Assembly (NCBI GenBank): GCA_048939765.1
Contig: JBHLPF010000003.1
Span: forward strand, 45,936 to 109,935
Direction of reading: 5' to 3'
Source: Promethearchaeota archaeon
GTDB lineage: Archaea; Asgardarchaeota; Thorarchaeia; Thorarchaeales; Thorarchaeaceae
DNA length: 64,000 bases
A model generated the notes under the pieces. The model was given only the letters and a program-made list of their open reading frames with translations. It searched no databases and was not told the DNA's origin. Below are positions 55,433-64,000 of this stretch, piece after piece (the first letter of the stretch is position 1; each line of letters opens with the position of its first letter). Both the position numbers and the translations under genes were made by a program.

Positions 55433-56398
55433 ATGAAGATTGAGAAACGCAGACTCGGAAAGACGGACCTTGAAGTAGCTCCAATTGGATTGGGATCTAT
55501 GCAATTTGCAGGAGGTAGCGGATTCTTCAGATTCTTCCTCGCTCCTATTGCTCCTGACTGCATGGACGAAATTGTGCAAGTCGCCCTCGAGAATGGAATT
55601 AATTGGATTGATACAGCTGAGATCTATGGCGGAGGGGCCTCGGAGAGGGCTGTGGCTCATGGTCTTGCTTCCGCGGGAAAATCTCCTGGGGACGTAGTTA
55701 TCACGACCAAATGGATGCCAGTACTGAAGAGTGCTGGTAGTATCAAGAAGGCGGCTGAGAAAAGCACCAAGCGACTCGCTCCGTATCCAATTGACCTGTA
55801 TCTGGTCCATCAGCCATACTCGAGGTCATCAATCAAAGCACAGATGGATGCCATGGCTGATCTTGTTGACGCAGGCCTGGTCCGCGCAGTAGGAGTGAGT
55901 AACTTCTCAAAGGAGAGAATGGTCTCTGCTCATGAGGCCCTTGCTGAAAGAGGGCTCCATCTTGCTACCAATCAGGTGCAGTTCAGTCTGCTACATAGAA
56001 ACATCGAATATAATGGCGTGCTAGATGCAGCTAAAGACTTGGATGTAACAATTACTGCGTACACTCCACTTGGCATGGGAGTCCTCACAGGGAAACTACA
56101 CAGCAATCCGGAGCTCTTCAACAGCATGCCTCGGTTTAGACGCTCCAGACTTCGGGGGAAGATCAAAACGAGTCAGCCCCTGATAGATGAGCTTGAGGCA
56201 ATTGCTCGAGAGCATGAAGCCACGGCAGCCCAAGTAGCCCTGAGTTGGACAATCAACTATCATGGGGACAAGATTGTAGCAATTCCAGGAGCCAGCAAGA
56301 CTTACCAAGCAGAGCAGAACGCTGGTGCCATGCGTGTTTCACTTACATCTGAACAGATGGAGTCGCTTTCAAGCCTGTCATCTGAATTGGCTGGATGA
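55433..56398 (+). CDS. aldo/keto reductase
   Basis: RRLGKTDL, IDTAEIYG, IDLYLVH, GVSNF, NQVQFSL, AYTPLG, AIPG. Confidence 0.93.
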   Translation: MKIEKRRLGKTDLEVAPIGLGSMQFAGGSGFFRFFLAPIAPDCMDEIVQVALENGINWIDTAEIYGGGASERAVAHGLASAGKSPGDVVITTKWMPVLKSAGSIKKAAEKSTKRLAPYPIDLYLVHQPYSRSSIKAQMDAMADLVDAGLVRAVGVSNFSKERMVSAHEALAERGLHLATNQVQFSLLHRNIEYNGVLDAAKDLDVTITAYTPLGMGVLTGKLHSNPELFNSMPRFRRSRLRGKIKTSQPLIDELEAIAREHEATAAQVALSWTINYHGDKIVAIPGASKTYQAEQNAGAMRVSLTSEQMESLSSLSSELAG

Positions 56399-56476
56399 AG
56401 AAATCAAATAGCAATTGCATGCTGAGCACACATCACTCATGATAAGAATTACGGAGGCTTGTACTTGCTTCGCTCT

Positions 56477-56917
56477 TCACGTTGCTTTCTTTGGCTTCCT
56501 CTTGATGTGTAGTAGCTTCTTGATATCCTCAATGTCTTCAATGGGTGGTACCTTGATGTGCAACCATCTTCCATCATGATACTGTTTTGTGTTCTCGAAG
56601 AGTTCCACAATCTCCGAGCTGAACTCATCCTTTGAGTTCTCGAATTTCTCGACCTCTTTCTTTCCAAAGATGATGAGAACTGTGAGTTCATCCTTCTTGG
56701 GATAGAAGGTGATTAGTGTCTTGTTGCTCTTGCGGTACCTGATAGTGGATTCCAACTCGTCATTCTCTCTCACAGGTTCGAACTCGTAGTTGTTGCCTAG
56801 GTATTGGGTAATTGCCTTCCACATTCTACCACCTTGCTTACCAAGGAACTTGACCATTGCCTCATCAGTTGGAGCTTGACTTGAGTCAGCTGTATCTCCT
56901 CTAGCCACGGCATTCAC
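56477..56917 (-). CDS. DUF3788-like protein
   Basis: YRKSNKTL..YP, FGKKE, YHDGRWL, DIKKLLHIKRKP pattern. Confidence 0.65.
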   Translation of the reverse strand: MNAVARGDTADSSQAPTDEAMVKFLGKQGGRMWKAITQYLGNNYEFEPVRENDELESTIRYRKSNKTLITFYPKKDELTVLIIFGKKEVEKFENSKDEFSSEIVELFENTKQYHDGRWLHIKVPPIEDIEDIKKLLHIKRKPKKAT

Positions 56918-57069
56918 CGCTAACTTCTATTCTTATTTTGATTTCAATCTGCCGAGGGCTAGTCTGCAGATAGTGACTTATATCACGTCGACAAATCACC
57001 GCTTCGGTCATAGAGCTATGTACTAGCTGCTGAGCCAAGCTCTCCTATTTCATGGTGGCATTTGATTCT

Positions 57070-58428
57070 CTATATCTCCATTCTTCGAAATCGCACCAAC
57101 GCAATCACAGCGACCACAAGAATCATTCCGCAACCTGCAAGGAACCACACAAACTGCTTCCCAACATACTCCCTGTGTAATAGCTCCTCCTCCAGTTCAG
57201 ACGCATAGACTATATCATGTTCAGTGTTGCCCCAGAAGGTGTTGTTCTCCACAATGTTGAATTCTGATTCATCATCTAGGTAGATGCCAATCCTGTTGTC
57301 GTTGCAGATGTTGTTTGTCAAAGTGTTGTGCGTCGATTCATTGAGGGAGATGCCAACATCGTTGATGTAGCACACATTGTTCTCCACGGTGTTTGAATCT
57401 GATAGAAAGAGGCGAATGCCAATGTCGTCGCTGTTGCAGGTGTTGTCGGAAACTGTGTTGTCAGATGATTCCGACACAGAGATGCCTATGTCGCTGTTAG
57501 TGCAGATGTTGTTCGCCACGGTGTTGGAGTCTGATCCACCACCAGCACCAATATCCCATCCATCGAGGCGGATGCCATAGTCTGGGTTGTCGTTGCAGGT
57601 GTTGTTCGTCACGGTGTTGGAATCTGAGCCCCAGAGTCCGATACCCCATCCCCATCTGTTGTTGTTGCAGGTGTTGTTCGCTACGGTGTTGGAATCTGAG
57701 AAAGATAGGATGGTGATGCCACCGAAGTTGTTGTTGCAGGTGTTGTTCGCTACGGTGTTGGAAACTGAACTGCGTAATTCGATGCTAGCCCTGTTGTTGT
57801 TGCAAGTGTTGTTCGCTACGGTGTTGGAATATGAATCATATAGGTAGATGGCAAGTATGTTGCCGGTGCAGGTGTTGTTCGCTACGGTGTTGGAATATGA
57901 ATTACTAAGGCGGATGCCATAGTCGTTGTACTTGCAGATGTTGTTGACTAACTTGCCGTTGGCGACATTATCTAGGGAGATGCCGACGTACTCCGGGCCA
58001 GGACCTTCCCAATATATATTGCCACTAGTGCAATTGCAGTTGCTTATTGTGAAGCTGACTCGCGTGTCGCTGATGACTATGCAGGACTCGTTATTGCCGC
58101 CAAGGTATATGTCCAGCCCGTTAATTACGTACGGGTTCTCAGGAGAACCATCACCCGGCCATCCCTCTGACAGAGCCGTCGCCGAGAAGTTGGCATCCCC
58201 ATCTATCGCTATGGCACCATGTGGAATGCCTAGTGGTGGCAGCGGTGGCGGTGGCAGTGGGGGTATTGGTGTTGGTGAATGCAAAATCAATAGACCTGAT
58301 GTCAACAAGATGAGTGATAGACTCACAGCTACAAAGATGGGTCTAGAGTTCAACTGCCGATTCAAGCCCTTATTGGGACTTGGAATAATAGGGCATATCC
58401 TTGAACTGCTTTCTACTTCTGATTCCAC
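57070..58428 (-). CDS. membrane-anchored right-handed parallel beta-helix (NosD/CASH) protein
   Basis: WPGDGSPENPYVI, repeated GI.L..S.SNTVANNTCNNN, N- and C-terminal TM. Confidence 0.88.
   Translation of the reverse strand: MESEVESSSRICPIIPSPNKGLNRQLNSRPIFVAVSLSLILLTSGLLILHSPTPIPPLPPPPLPPLGIPHGAIAIDGDANFSATALSEGWPGDGSPENPYVINGLDIYLGGNNESCIVISDTRVSFTISNCNCTSGNIYWEGPGPEYVGISLDNVANGKLVNNICKYNDYGIRLSNSYSNTVANNTCTGNILAIYLYDSYSNTVANNTCNNNRASIELRSSVSNTVANNTCNNNFGGITILSFSDSNTVANNTCNNNRWGWGIGLWGSDSNTVTNNTCNDNPDYGIRLDGWDIGAGGGSDSNTVANNICTNSDIGISVSESSDNTVSDNTCNSDDIGIRLFLSDSNTVENNVCYINDVGISLNESTHNTLTNNICNDNRIGIYLDDESEFNIVENNTFWGNTEHDIVYASELEEELLHREYVGKQFVWFLAGCGMILVVAVIALVRFRRMEI
57590..57900 (-). repeat. 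intragenic tandem repeat (~66-72 bp period) encoding beta-helix rungs
   Basis: near-identical TGCAGGTGTTGTTCGCTACGGTGTTGGAA cores repeated 5 times with variable linkers. Confidence 0.8.
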
Positions 58429-58883
58429 TTCAATCGCCTTCCAATTATATCAACTAGGTAAACGCCGAGTTCTGTTGGAGGTCTGTCATCTGGAAGAGGG
58501 ATCTCCCACTCTTCTGCCAATGTTCGAAGAGTCCTTAGGCATTGGTCCGCCATTTCGCATGTGCCACAATCGCGCTCGTGCTCATACCAGATTTGAAGAC
58601 CGATCTTTGGAGAATAGAAAATGTATGTGTCTGTATCGTAAGCAGCACAGTATCCTTTGGCAATGCCATATCGTGTGCTGAGTCGCTCTATCTTTACTCG
58701 ATTGACCGATGCTGTATGCTGAAGGAGTTTGAGGATTCGTTCCTCAGCTGTCTTCTGGGCCATGGTGACAAATGGTCTTGATACTTTCAGATCCTTGGCG
58801 ATTTCTGAGGGTCTTTCCTTCTGGCGGCGTCTGAGCCAGATAATGCCCTGTTGCTTGGTGGGATATCGAAGGTAGCTGAACAT
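58413..58883 (-). CDS. HTH DNA-binding protein with C-terminal Cys cluster
   Basis: RPSEIAKDLKVSRPFVT HTH; H..DCGTC....C. Confidence 0.75.
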   Translation of the reverse strand: MFSYLRYPTKQQGIIWLRRRQKERPSEIAKDLKVSRPFVTMAQKTAEERILKLLQHTASVNRVKIERLSTRYGIAKGYCAAYDTDTYIFYSPKIGLQIWYEHERDCGTCEMADQCLRTLRTLAEEWEIPLPDDRPPTELGVYLVDIIGRRLKWNQK

Positions 58884-58993
58884 TTCTTGACCATCCGAGT
58901 TAATGCGAATACCTTAACAGAATTAACCTAAACAGTTTAACCACTTGGTAATAAGTGATTCGGTTTTCAAAGGTAGCGAGTTTGCGAAGTGGG

Positions 58994-59018
58994 TGAGAGA
59001 GGCTCGACACCTCTCTCA
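58994..59018. other. stem-loop (terminator or structured RNA)
   Basis: TGAGAGAGG-CTCGACA-CCTCTCTCA perfect 9-bp stem; second hairpin GTCCGTG..CACGGAC at 59064-59087. Confidence 0.5.
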
Positions 59019-59155
59019 AGTTGGAAACTGAAACTTACTCTTCTCCTGGCGATATGGATGGAAGTCCGTGCGGATTATCTCACGGACCATGACTAACTGC
59101 GCTCAATTGGGAAGGAGTCTTCTAGGCAATACAACATCAATGTCTGAGGTTTGCC

Positions 59156-59962
59156 TTACCTCCTTCTTAGAATGATTACTAAAACTGCAATTATCACCAC
59201 AGCGCCTGCTCCTATAACACTAATTGTCAACCAATTAATTGGTGGAGCGATATCAACAGTATCACTGACGACCACATTATCAACCATTTGCCCTTTTTTA
59301 AACCACAACCAAAGTATCTCAGATGTGCCGATGTCTGTGTCAATTCCTTGCATGACTAGAGAACCATTGAGATATACAGTGAACAAACCAGACCCATCCC
59401 TAGTCACATCTATGTGATGCCAAGCTGCAGCAGGTATACGGGTTTCATAATCGGCGATTGTCGTCCCGACACCAGTAATTACCTTTCGAAGACTTAGCCC
59501 GACAGCATCATCTGCTCCCTCAATAGTCCTAAAATGAACGCAGGCCGTAATCCTTTCGTTTTCGTCATCCAAATCATGCATATCATTACTAATGAAAAGG
59601 AAAAGAGCTATTGGGCCATTGAGTTGGGTCACATTTAATTTCATATCAAAACTCCATGTCCCATATGCTACATCACTGGGATGACTTATTGCACCCCATA
59701 TGGCTGGTTCAATTGTATCGTTTAGCTCTAGATAATTATTCGCAGCTGACCAATTTGAACCCCTGAACCCAAAATAGCCATCTTCTGTTGCCCAGTCGTA
59801 TAGTGCCGTGTTTTCAACGATGGTCCATCCATCATAGTTACCATCATCGAAGTCATCAGACCAAACCAATGCGCTTCTACCTGCTGTGGGACAATATCCC
59901 ATCCAACATAGCAGAAATAAAATCACTAGTCCAACTATTCTGTAATCCAATCTATCTACCAT
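59156..59962 (-). CDS. secreted, C-terminally anchored ConA/LamG-like beta-sandwich protein
   Basis: signal peptide, WSDDFDDGNYDGW, YGTWSFD, WHHIDVTRD..FTVYLNG, C-terminal TM + RRR. Confidence 0.75.
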   Translation of the reverse strand: MVDRLDYRIVGLVILFLLCWMGYCPTAGRSALVWSDDFDDGNYDGWTIVENTALYDWATEDGYFGFRGSNWSAANNYLELNDTIEPAIWGAISHPSDVAYGTWSFDMKLNVTQLNGPIALFLFISNDMHDLDDENERITACVHFRTIEGADDAVGLSLRKVITGVGTTIADYETRIPAAAWHHIDVTRDGSGLFTVYLNGSLVMQGIDTDIGTSEILWLWFKKGQMVDNVVVSDTVDIAPPINWLTISVIGAGAVVIIAVLVIILRRR

Positions 59963-60039
59963 AACGAATGCACCTCTATTACTAGGAAGATAATAGCTAT
60001 TTCTGGGCCTTGGTAACAGAGATTGTGATCCCATCACGC

Positions 60040-60200
60040 CTTTGGCAATCTCTGGGGGTCTCTCCTTCTAGCGACGTCTGAGCAAGATGATTTCCTGTTG
60101 CCTGATGCGATATCGTAGCTTAACATCTCTCAAGCCTTCCGAGTTGACGCGAACACTATAACGGAATTAACCCAACCACTTTAACCAATTTGTAATAACT
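60040..60200 (-). pseudogene. decayed duplicate of the 5' end and promoter of the 58413-58883 HTH gene
   Basis: aligns by eye with 58793-58956; contains a small deletion after the ATG and an in-frame TAG. Confidence 0.75.
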
Positions 60201-60235
60201 CCTCCGAATATCTATGTAAAGGACTGTGAAGACTT

Positions 60236-60943
60236 CTAATCATCTCGTCGAAGGCGTGTTTCCTCCTCTGAATTGTAAAGGTGCAAAAGCCCTTCTCTAT
60301 CGATAGAGATGCAGGTCCCTCCTTGAAAGGGCTCTCTATCTTGATGGCCGATGGTTCGTTCCAACAGAATTCGCTTGAATGACATTAGGGCAAGATCATG
60401 AGTCACATGGATGTGCATGACCGGCTTGTTCTCTTTCCTCAGCCTCTCAATCGTTGCTTCCAAAAGCCTGCCTCTATACGACTCAAAAGACTCAATCATG
60501 TTGCCGAACTCTCCATCAGCCCACCTATTCACAAATTGAGTCACGTTCTTCCCATCAGGCTGGAGATTATCCCATACTGCTTCGTCATCAAACTCAGGCA
60601 TTACAAGTATGGGAATTGCCTCAAACTCGACAATCTCAGCTCCATTCTCTCTGAGTCCATTAGCAAGCGCCTCCGCCGTTTCATAGCATCTAGGAACGAA
60701 GCTGAAGAAGATACGAATTGGTCTGTTGGCAGGTAGCCTCTTTCCCATTTCATATGACATCTGCTTGCCTATCTCGGTAAGTCCCGTGCTGAATTGAACG
60801 GAGTGGTCTGGAATCTGCTCTCGATGAGAGTGACGTAGGAATAGCATGACGCTCTCCTCTGGAGGTCTTTGGCCCATCCATTCCACTAGACTTCTTGCAC
60901 TTGCTAGCCAGTCGATGCGATTCCACTCTTTAGAAGATGTCAA
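60236..60943 (-). CDS. histidine phosphatase family protein
   Basis: FLRHS, GLTEIG, SFVPRCYETA, HVTHD. Confidence 0.85.
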   Translation of the reverse strand: MTSSKEWNRIDWLASARSLVEWMGQRPPEESVMLFLRHSHREQIPDHSVQFSTGLTEIGKQMSYEMGKRLPANRPIRIFFSFVPRCYETAEALANGLRENGAEIVEFEAIPILVMPEFDDEAVWDNLQPDGKNVTQFVNRWADGEFGNMIESFESYRGRLLEATIERLRKENKPVMHIHVTHDLALMSFKRILLERTIGHQDREPFQGGTCISIDREGLLHLYNSEEETRLRRDD

Positions 60944-61117
60944 TGCCTTGGCTCCGTTGGATATAGGAACTTGGCATAATAGAGATTTACTATTCGGTAT
61001 GTCATTTTTGAGAAAAGGTAGATTGAAGCGGTTGATTCTTTACTTCCCTTGGCCATCAGTATCTGATGGAGGAGAGAATTGTTGGATTGGAGCTATGCCC
61101 AAGAGAAGCCTAGACTG

Positions 61118-61768
61118 ATGAGAGATTTCCACAAATTCATAGGAAATGCGTTGCCTGTTCTTTCAGATAGATTTGGGGATGATTCCTCCGAAAGAATTCA
61201 GAATCTTGCACAAGCTAGGTTCGAGGAGATCATCCCAGAGATTCCATATGTTGGTGGGAAGAAGAATCAATTCTCTGAGGAACTAGAAATGAGTGCAATG
61301 AGCCTGGCATTATACTTCGTTCTTAAGGAGAAGGGCCTGACTACTGAGGAGATTGGGAGAATCAACTACGATGTCTTTGAAGATATTTACAATAAGACTC
61401 CAGGCTACATCCGTTCCTTCATGAAGCGGTTCATCTTCTCAAGGTTCTCAAAGAGAAGACTGAAGCAAGCATCTGAGCGGTCTCAGAGAAGAGAATATCC
61501 TGATGACTGGGTCGTCGAATATCTTGATGGGACCGGTAATGATTTTGACATAGGTCTGGATTTCACGCAGTGTGCGCTCTGCCGCTTCTATGAGAATCAG
61601 GGCGCATTTGAGTTCGCGAAATACATGTGCCTAATTGACTACATCCCCTCCAAGATGATCGATTCTGGCCTTGACCGGTCGTCTACAATTGCTGAAGGAG
61701 CTGAGAGATGCGATTTCAGATACAGGAAGGGACGCCCAGTAAGGCCTAGATGGCCAACTCCGGTATAG
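61118..61768 (+). CDS. L-2-amino-thiazoline-4-carboxylic acid hydrolase (ATC hydrolase)-like protein
   Basis: IPYVGG, DFTQCALC, YMCLID, GLDRSSTIAEGAERCDFRY; alternative start 61079. Confidence 0.8.
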   Translation: MRDFHKFIGNALPVLSDRFGDDSSERIQNLAQARFEEIIPEIPYVGGKKNQFSEELEMSAMSLALYFVLKEKGLTTEEIGRINYDVFEDIYNKTPGYIRSFMKRFIFSRFSKRRLKQASERSQRREYPDDWVVEYLDGTGNDFDIGLDFTQCALCRFYENQGAFEFAKYMCLIDYIPSKMIDSGLDRSSTIAEGAERCDFRYRKGRPVRPRWPTPV

Positions 61769-61883
61769 TCGTCATAGTCATTGTAATGACCTACCCAGCA
61801 CGAATTACGCTTCGTGGAAACTTTGGCGATTTCACATTTACCGCTTTTGCTGAGCCTGTGGAAAAAGAAATGGGAGGAATCAA

Positions 61884-64000
61884 CTAGCCACTCTTAGCAA
61901 TCTCTTCTTCTCTTAGCTTCTTCTTGAACAGCTTCATTACTACAGTTAAAGGCAGCTCATCTCTGAATTCAACCCACTTTGGTATGGCATAGGGTTTGAC
62001 CTTCCCCTTTAGGAATTCGATGATGTCTTGTTCAGAAACCTTTCCTCTATACTCAGGTTTCAATTGGATGAATGCCTTAACTCTTTCACTCCCAGGTCTC
62101 TCGGGGTCAGGAATGCCTATCACACCTGCAACATCGACAGCTTCGTGTTCATGTAGAATGTCATCGATGACTCGGCTATACACCTTGTTCCCCGAAACGT
62201 TGATCATGTCCTTGATTCTGTCTACGATCTTGAAATAGCCGTCCCCATCCATCTCGACAACGTCGCCCATTGCTAGCCAGCCCCCTTCCTTCAGTCCGCT
62301 GCCTGGTGTCGGCCAATAACCCCGCATGATCTGAGGCCCGCGTATCCATATCTCGCCACGCTGACCGATAGATAGCTCCTCCCCAGTATCAGGGTCTACT
62401 ATCTTTATCTCAGTTTCAGGAATGGGAACTCCGACTCCCCTCTTTGTTTCCGCCATAAAGCCTGTGACCTTCGAGAGAGCTGAGATGTTTATTGTGACAA
62501 CCCCGGATGTTTCGGTTGCACCATATCCTTCTCCCATAGGCACACCTGCCTTCTTCTCGAACTCCTCAGCGAGGTCTGCGGGAAGCGCTGCCGCGCCTGA
62601 GAAATAGAAGATCTGTCCCTTGATCATGTCCATCTTTGAGAATAGCAAATAGTGAGTTGGAACTGCAAATACCACGAATGGCCGATGCTGGTTGATCACG
62701 TCTACAATCTTTGGAATATCCCTCGAGTCCATCAAGTACATCTTGAGTCCCCATGATATGCAGGAGTGCAATGCCCAGTGGCCATATGCGTGGAAGATAG
62801 GTACGCATATCACACCGGCACTCTTCCCGATGATTCCCTCCTTGAGCGGATCCATCATCCAATGCATAGTCTGCCTTACATTTGTGGTTATGTTATAATG
62901 AGTCAGCATCGTTCCTTTAGGCTGTCCTGTGGTTCCTCCTGTAAAGGGCAGGAGTGCAATGTCTTCTCTTGGATTAATCTTGACAGTCTCAGTATGTGGT
63001 TCATGCCTCTGAATCAAGTCGTCCATGAGGTGATAGTTCTCATCATCAATGATTTCCATCACAGGATACTCGTAGTCGGGGAATAACTTGGTCGGTGCGT
63101 AGATCACCGTTTTGACATTTGTATCAGCTCTAACTTGGTTGACTCGTTCGATACGTCGATATGAGCAGACAACGATCTCCGCTTTGCTCTCACTGAGCTC
63201 GTATCTGAGGTCGTCGGCCTTGTGTAGAATACTGAGAGGTACATGAATGGCACCAATCTTCATGGCGGCATAATCCGCAATGATGAATTCGGGACATGAC
63301 GGGAGAACTGTTGCAACGCAGTCACCCTTCTTCACACCCAGTGCCACAAACGCTGATGCAAGCCTGTCCACCTTTTCCTTCAATTCGGGATACGTCATTT
63401 CCTCATCCGCGTAATCACATGCAACCACATCCGGGAACGCTGCTGCTGTGTCTTCAAGAAACTTGTACACATTTTCCTCAGGGTATGGAGCCATGGAGTG
63501 CTGGAGCTTGAATGGTCCTATCTGGTAGTTTTCAAGCCATGGCTGCTCTCCCACCACCTCCTTGGTTTCGAGAGTAACAGCTCTCTTTGTTGTGTCACCG
63601 GAAGCCACCTGCGCCCTATGCTTGATTACTCCTGGGGCTTCAACCACATTTGCGTGGACTGTATCGATAAGCCAGTCTAGTCCAAGCTCCTGAAGCTTCT
63701 CGATCGTTGGTCTGCCTTGCTCATCCCAGCCGCGGTATTTGTAGTATGCATCGAGAAGAATATCTAGATCCACGACTTGTCCTTCTGCTGGGCCTTCAGG
63801 CAATGGATCCTCAAGCAATCGTGGAGGCAGTGTGTCATCGGCCCGAGTGAATCCTTCTCTAATAATGTAGGCACGTTCTAGATTGTAGATCCTTTCGCCC
63901 GTTTTGCGGAACTCCTCCGGTGTAATGTCAACACCCATCAAAGCGGACATTAGACTTGCCCAGTCCTCGGCAGTGAGGACCATGCCCATGAATTTGCATC
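61884..64000 (-). CDS. fusion: aldehyde:ferredoxin oxidoreductase (AOR) C-terminal domain + long-chain acyl-CoA synthetase; 5'-truncated by window
   Basis: CKF..GERIYNLERAY..REG..DDTLPPRL..YYKYRGWD..GRPT..L..LGL (AOR), ~40-aa linker, then PWL..Y, FTGGTTGQPKG, EGYGATE, GPQIMRGY, DRIKDMI (ANL family); frame open to 64000. Confidence 0.88.
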   Translation of the reverse strand, partial: CKFMGMVLTAEDWASLMSALMGVDITPEEFRKTGERIYNLERAYIIREGFTRADDTLPPRLLEDPLPEGPAEGQVVDLDILLDAYYKYRGWDEQGRPTIEKLQELGLDWLIDTVHANVVEAPGVIKHRAQVASGDTTKRAVTLETKEVVGEQPWLENYQIGPFKLQHSMAPYPEENVYKFLEDTAAAFPDVVACDYADEEMTYPELKEKVDRLASAFVALGVKKGDCVATVLPSCPEFIIADYAAMKIGAIHVPLSILHKADDLRYELSESKAEIVVCSYRRIERVNQVRADTNVKTVIYAPTKLFPDYEYPVMEIIDDENYHLMDDLIQRHEPHTETVKINPREDIALLPFTGGTTGQPKGTMLTHYNITTNVRQTMHWMMDPLKEGIIGKSAGVICVPIFHAYGHWALHSCISWGLKMYLMDSRDIPKIVDVINQHRPFVVFAVPTHYLLFSKMDMIKGQIFYFSGAAALPADLAEEFEKKAGVPMGEGYGATETSGVVTINISALSKVTGFMAETKRGVGVPIPETEIKIVDPDTGEELSIGQRGEIWIRGPQIMRGYWPTPGSGLKEGGWLAMGDVVEMDGDGYFKIVDRIKDMINVSGNKVYSRVIDDILHEHEAVDVAGVIGIPDPERPGSERVKAFIQLKPEYRGKVSEQDIIEFLKGKVKPYAIPKWVEFRDELPLTVVMKLFKKKLREEEIAKSG

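Noticed and set aside
57590-57900. CRISPR-like pattern of ~30-bp repeats with ~35-40-bp unique spacers
   Set aside because: Lies in frame within the NosD-like ORF, period is a multiple of 3, repeats encode SNTVANNTC rungs, and no cas genes or leader are present
59020-59034. GTTGGAAACTGAAAC resembling the 3' end of a CRISPR repeat
   Set aside because: Single occurrence, no array

Overview
Gene-dense archaeal chromosomal segment. Rab-like small GTPase, tandem TFB paralogues, BRE/TATA promoters and large Ig/beta-propeller surface proteins suggest an Asgard archaeon, possibly Thorarchaeia (inference). No rRNA, tRNA, CRISPR array or mobile element was seen. The first ~28 kb is a divergently transcribed bioenergetic island. 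On the + strand is a complex I-like cluster (B-A-J-K-C-D-H-I-M'-L-M-N) with no NuoEFG/FpoF in the window and four antiporter-like subunits. Its NuoB is fused in frame to the C-terminus of a VAO/GlcD-family FAD oxidoreductase, which looks like a built-in alternative electron-input module. On the - strand are two more atypical GlcD-like flavoproteins, three HdrD/GlcF-type CCG Fe-S proteins, a flavin amine-oxidase/desaturase-like enzyme, two PPOX split-barrel proteins and two exported proteins with non-canonical Cx4CH/Cx5CH motifs. The rest holds a Rab-like GTPase/AcdA/2-PG-kinase-like run, a 1831-aa beta-propeller/Ig protein ending in ~7 TM helices, a macrodomain/pseudo-macrodomain/NUDIX module and two TFBs (the second apparently starting at ATA). 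It also holds a split-feoB iron-uptake operon with a palindromic operator, LarA, CysRS, a duplicated and decayed HTH/surface-protein cassette, and an AOR::acyl-CoA synthetase fusion running off the window end.
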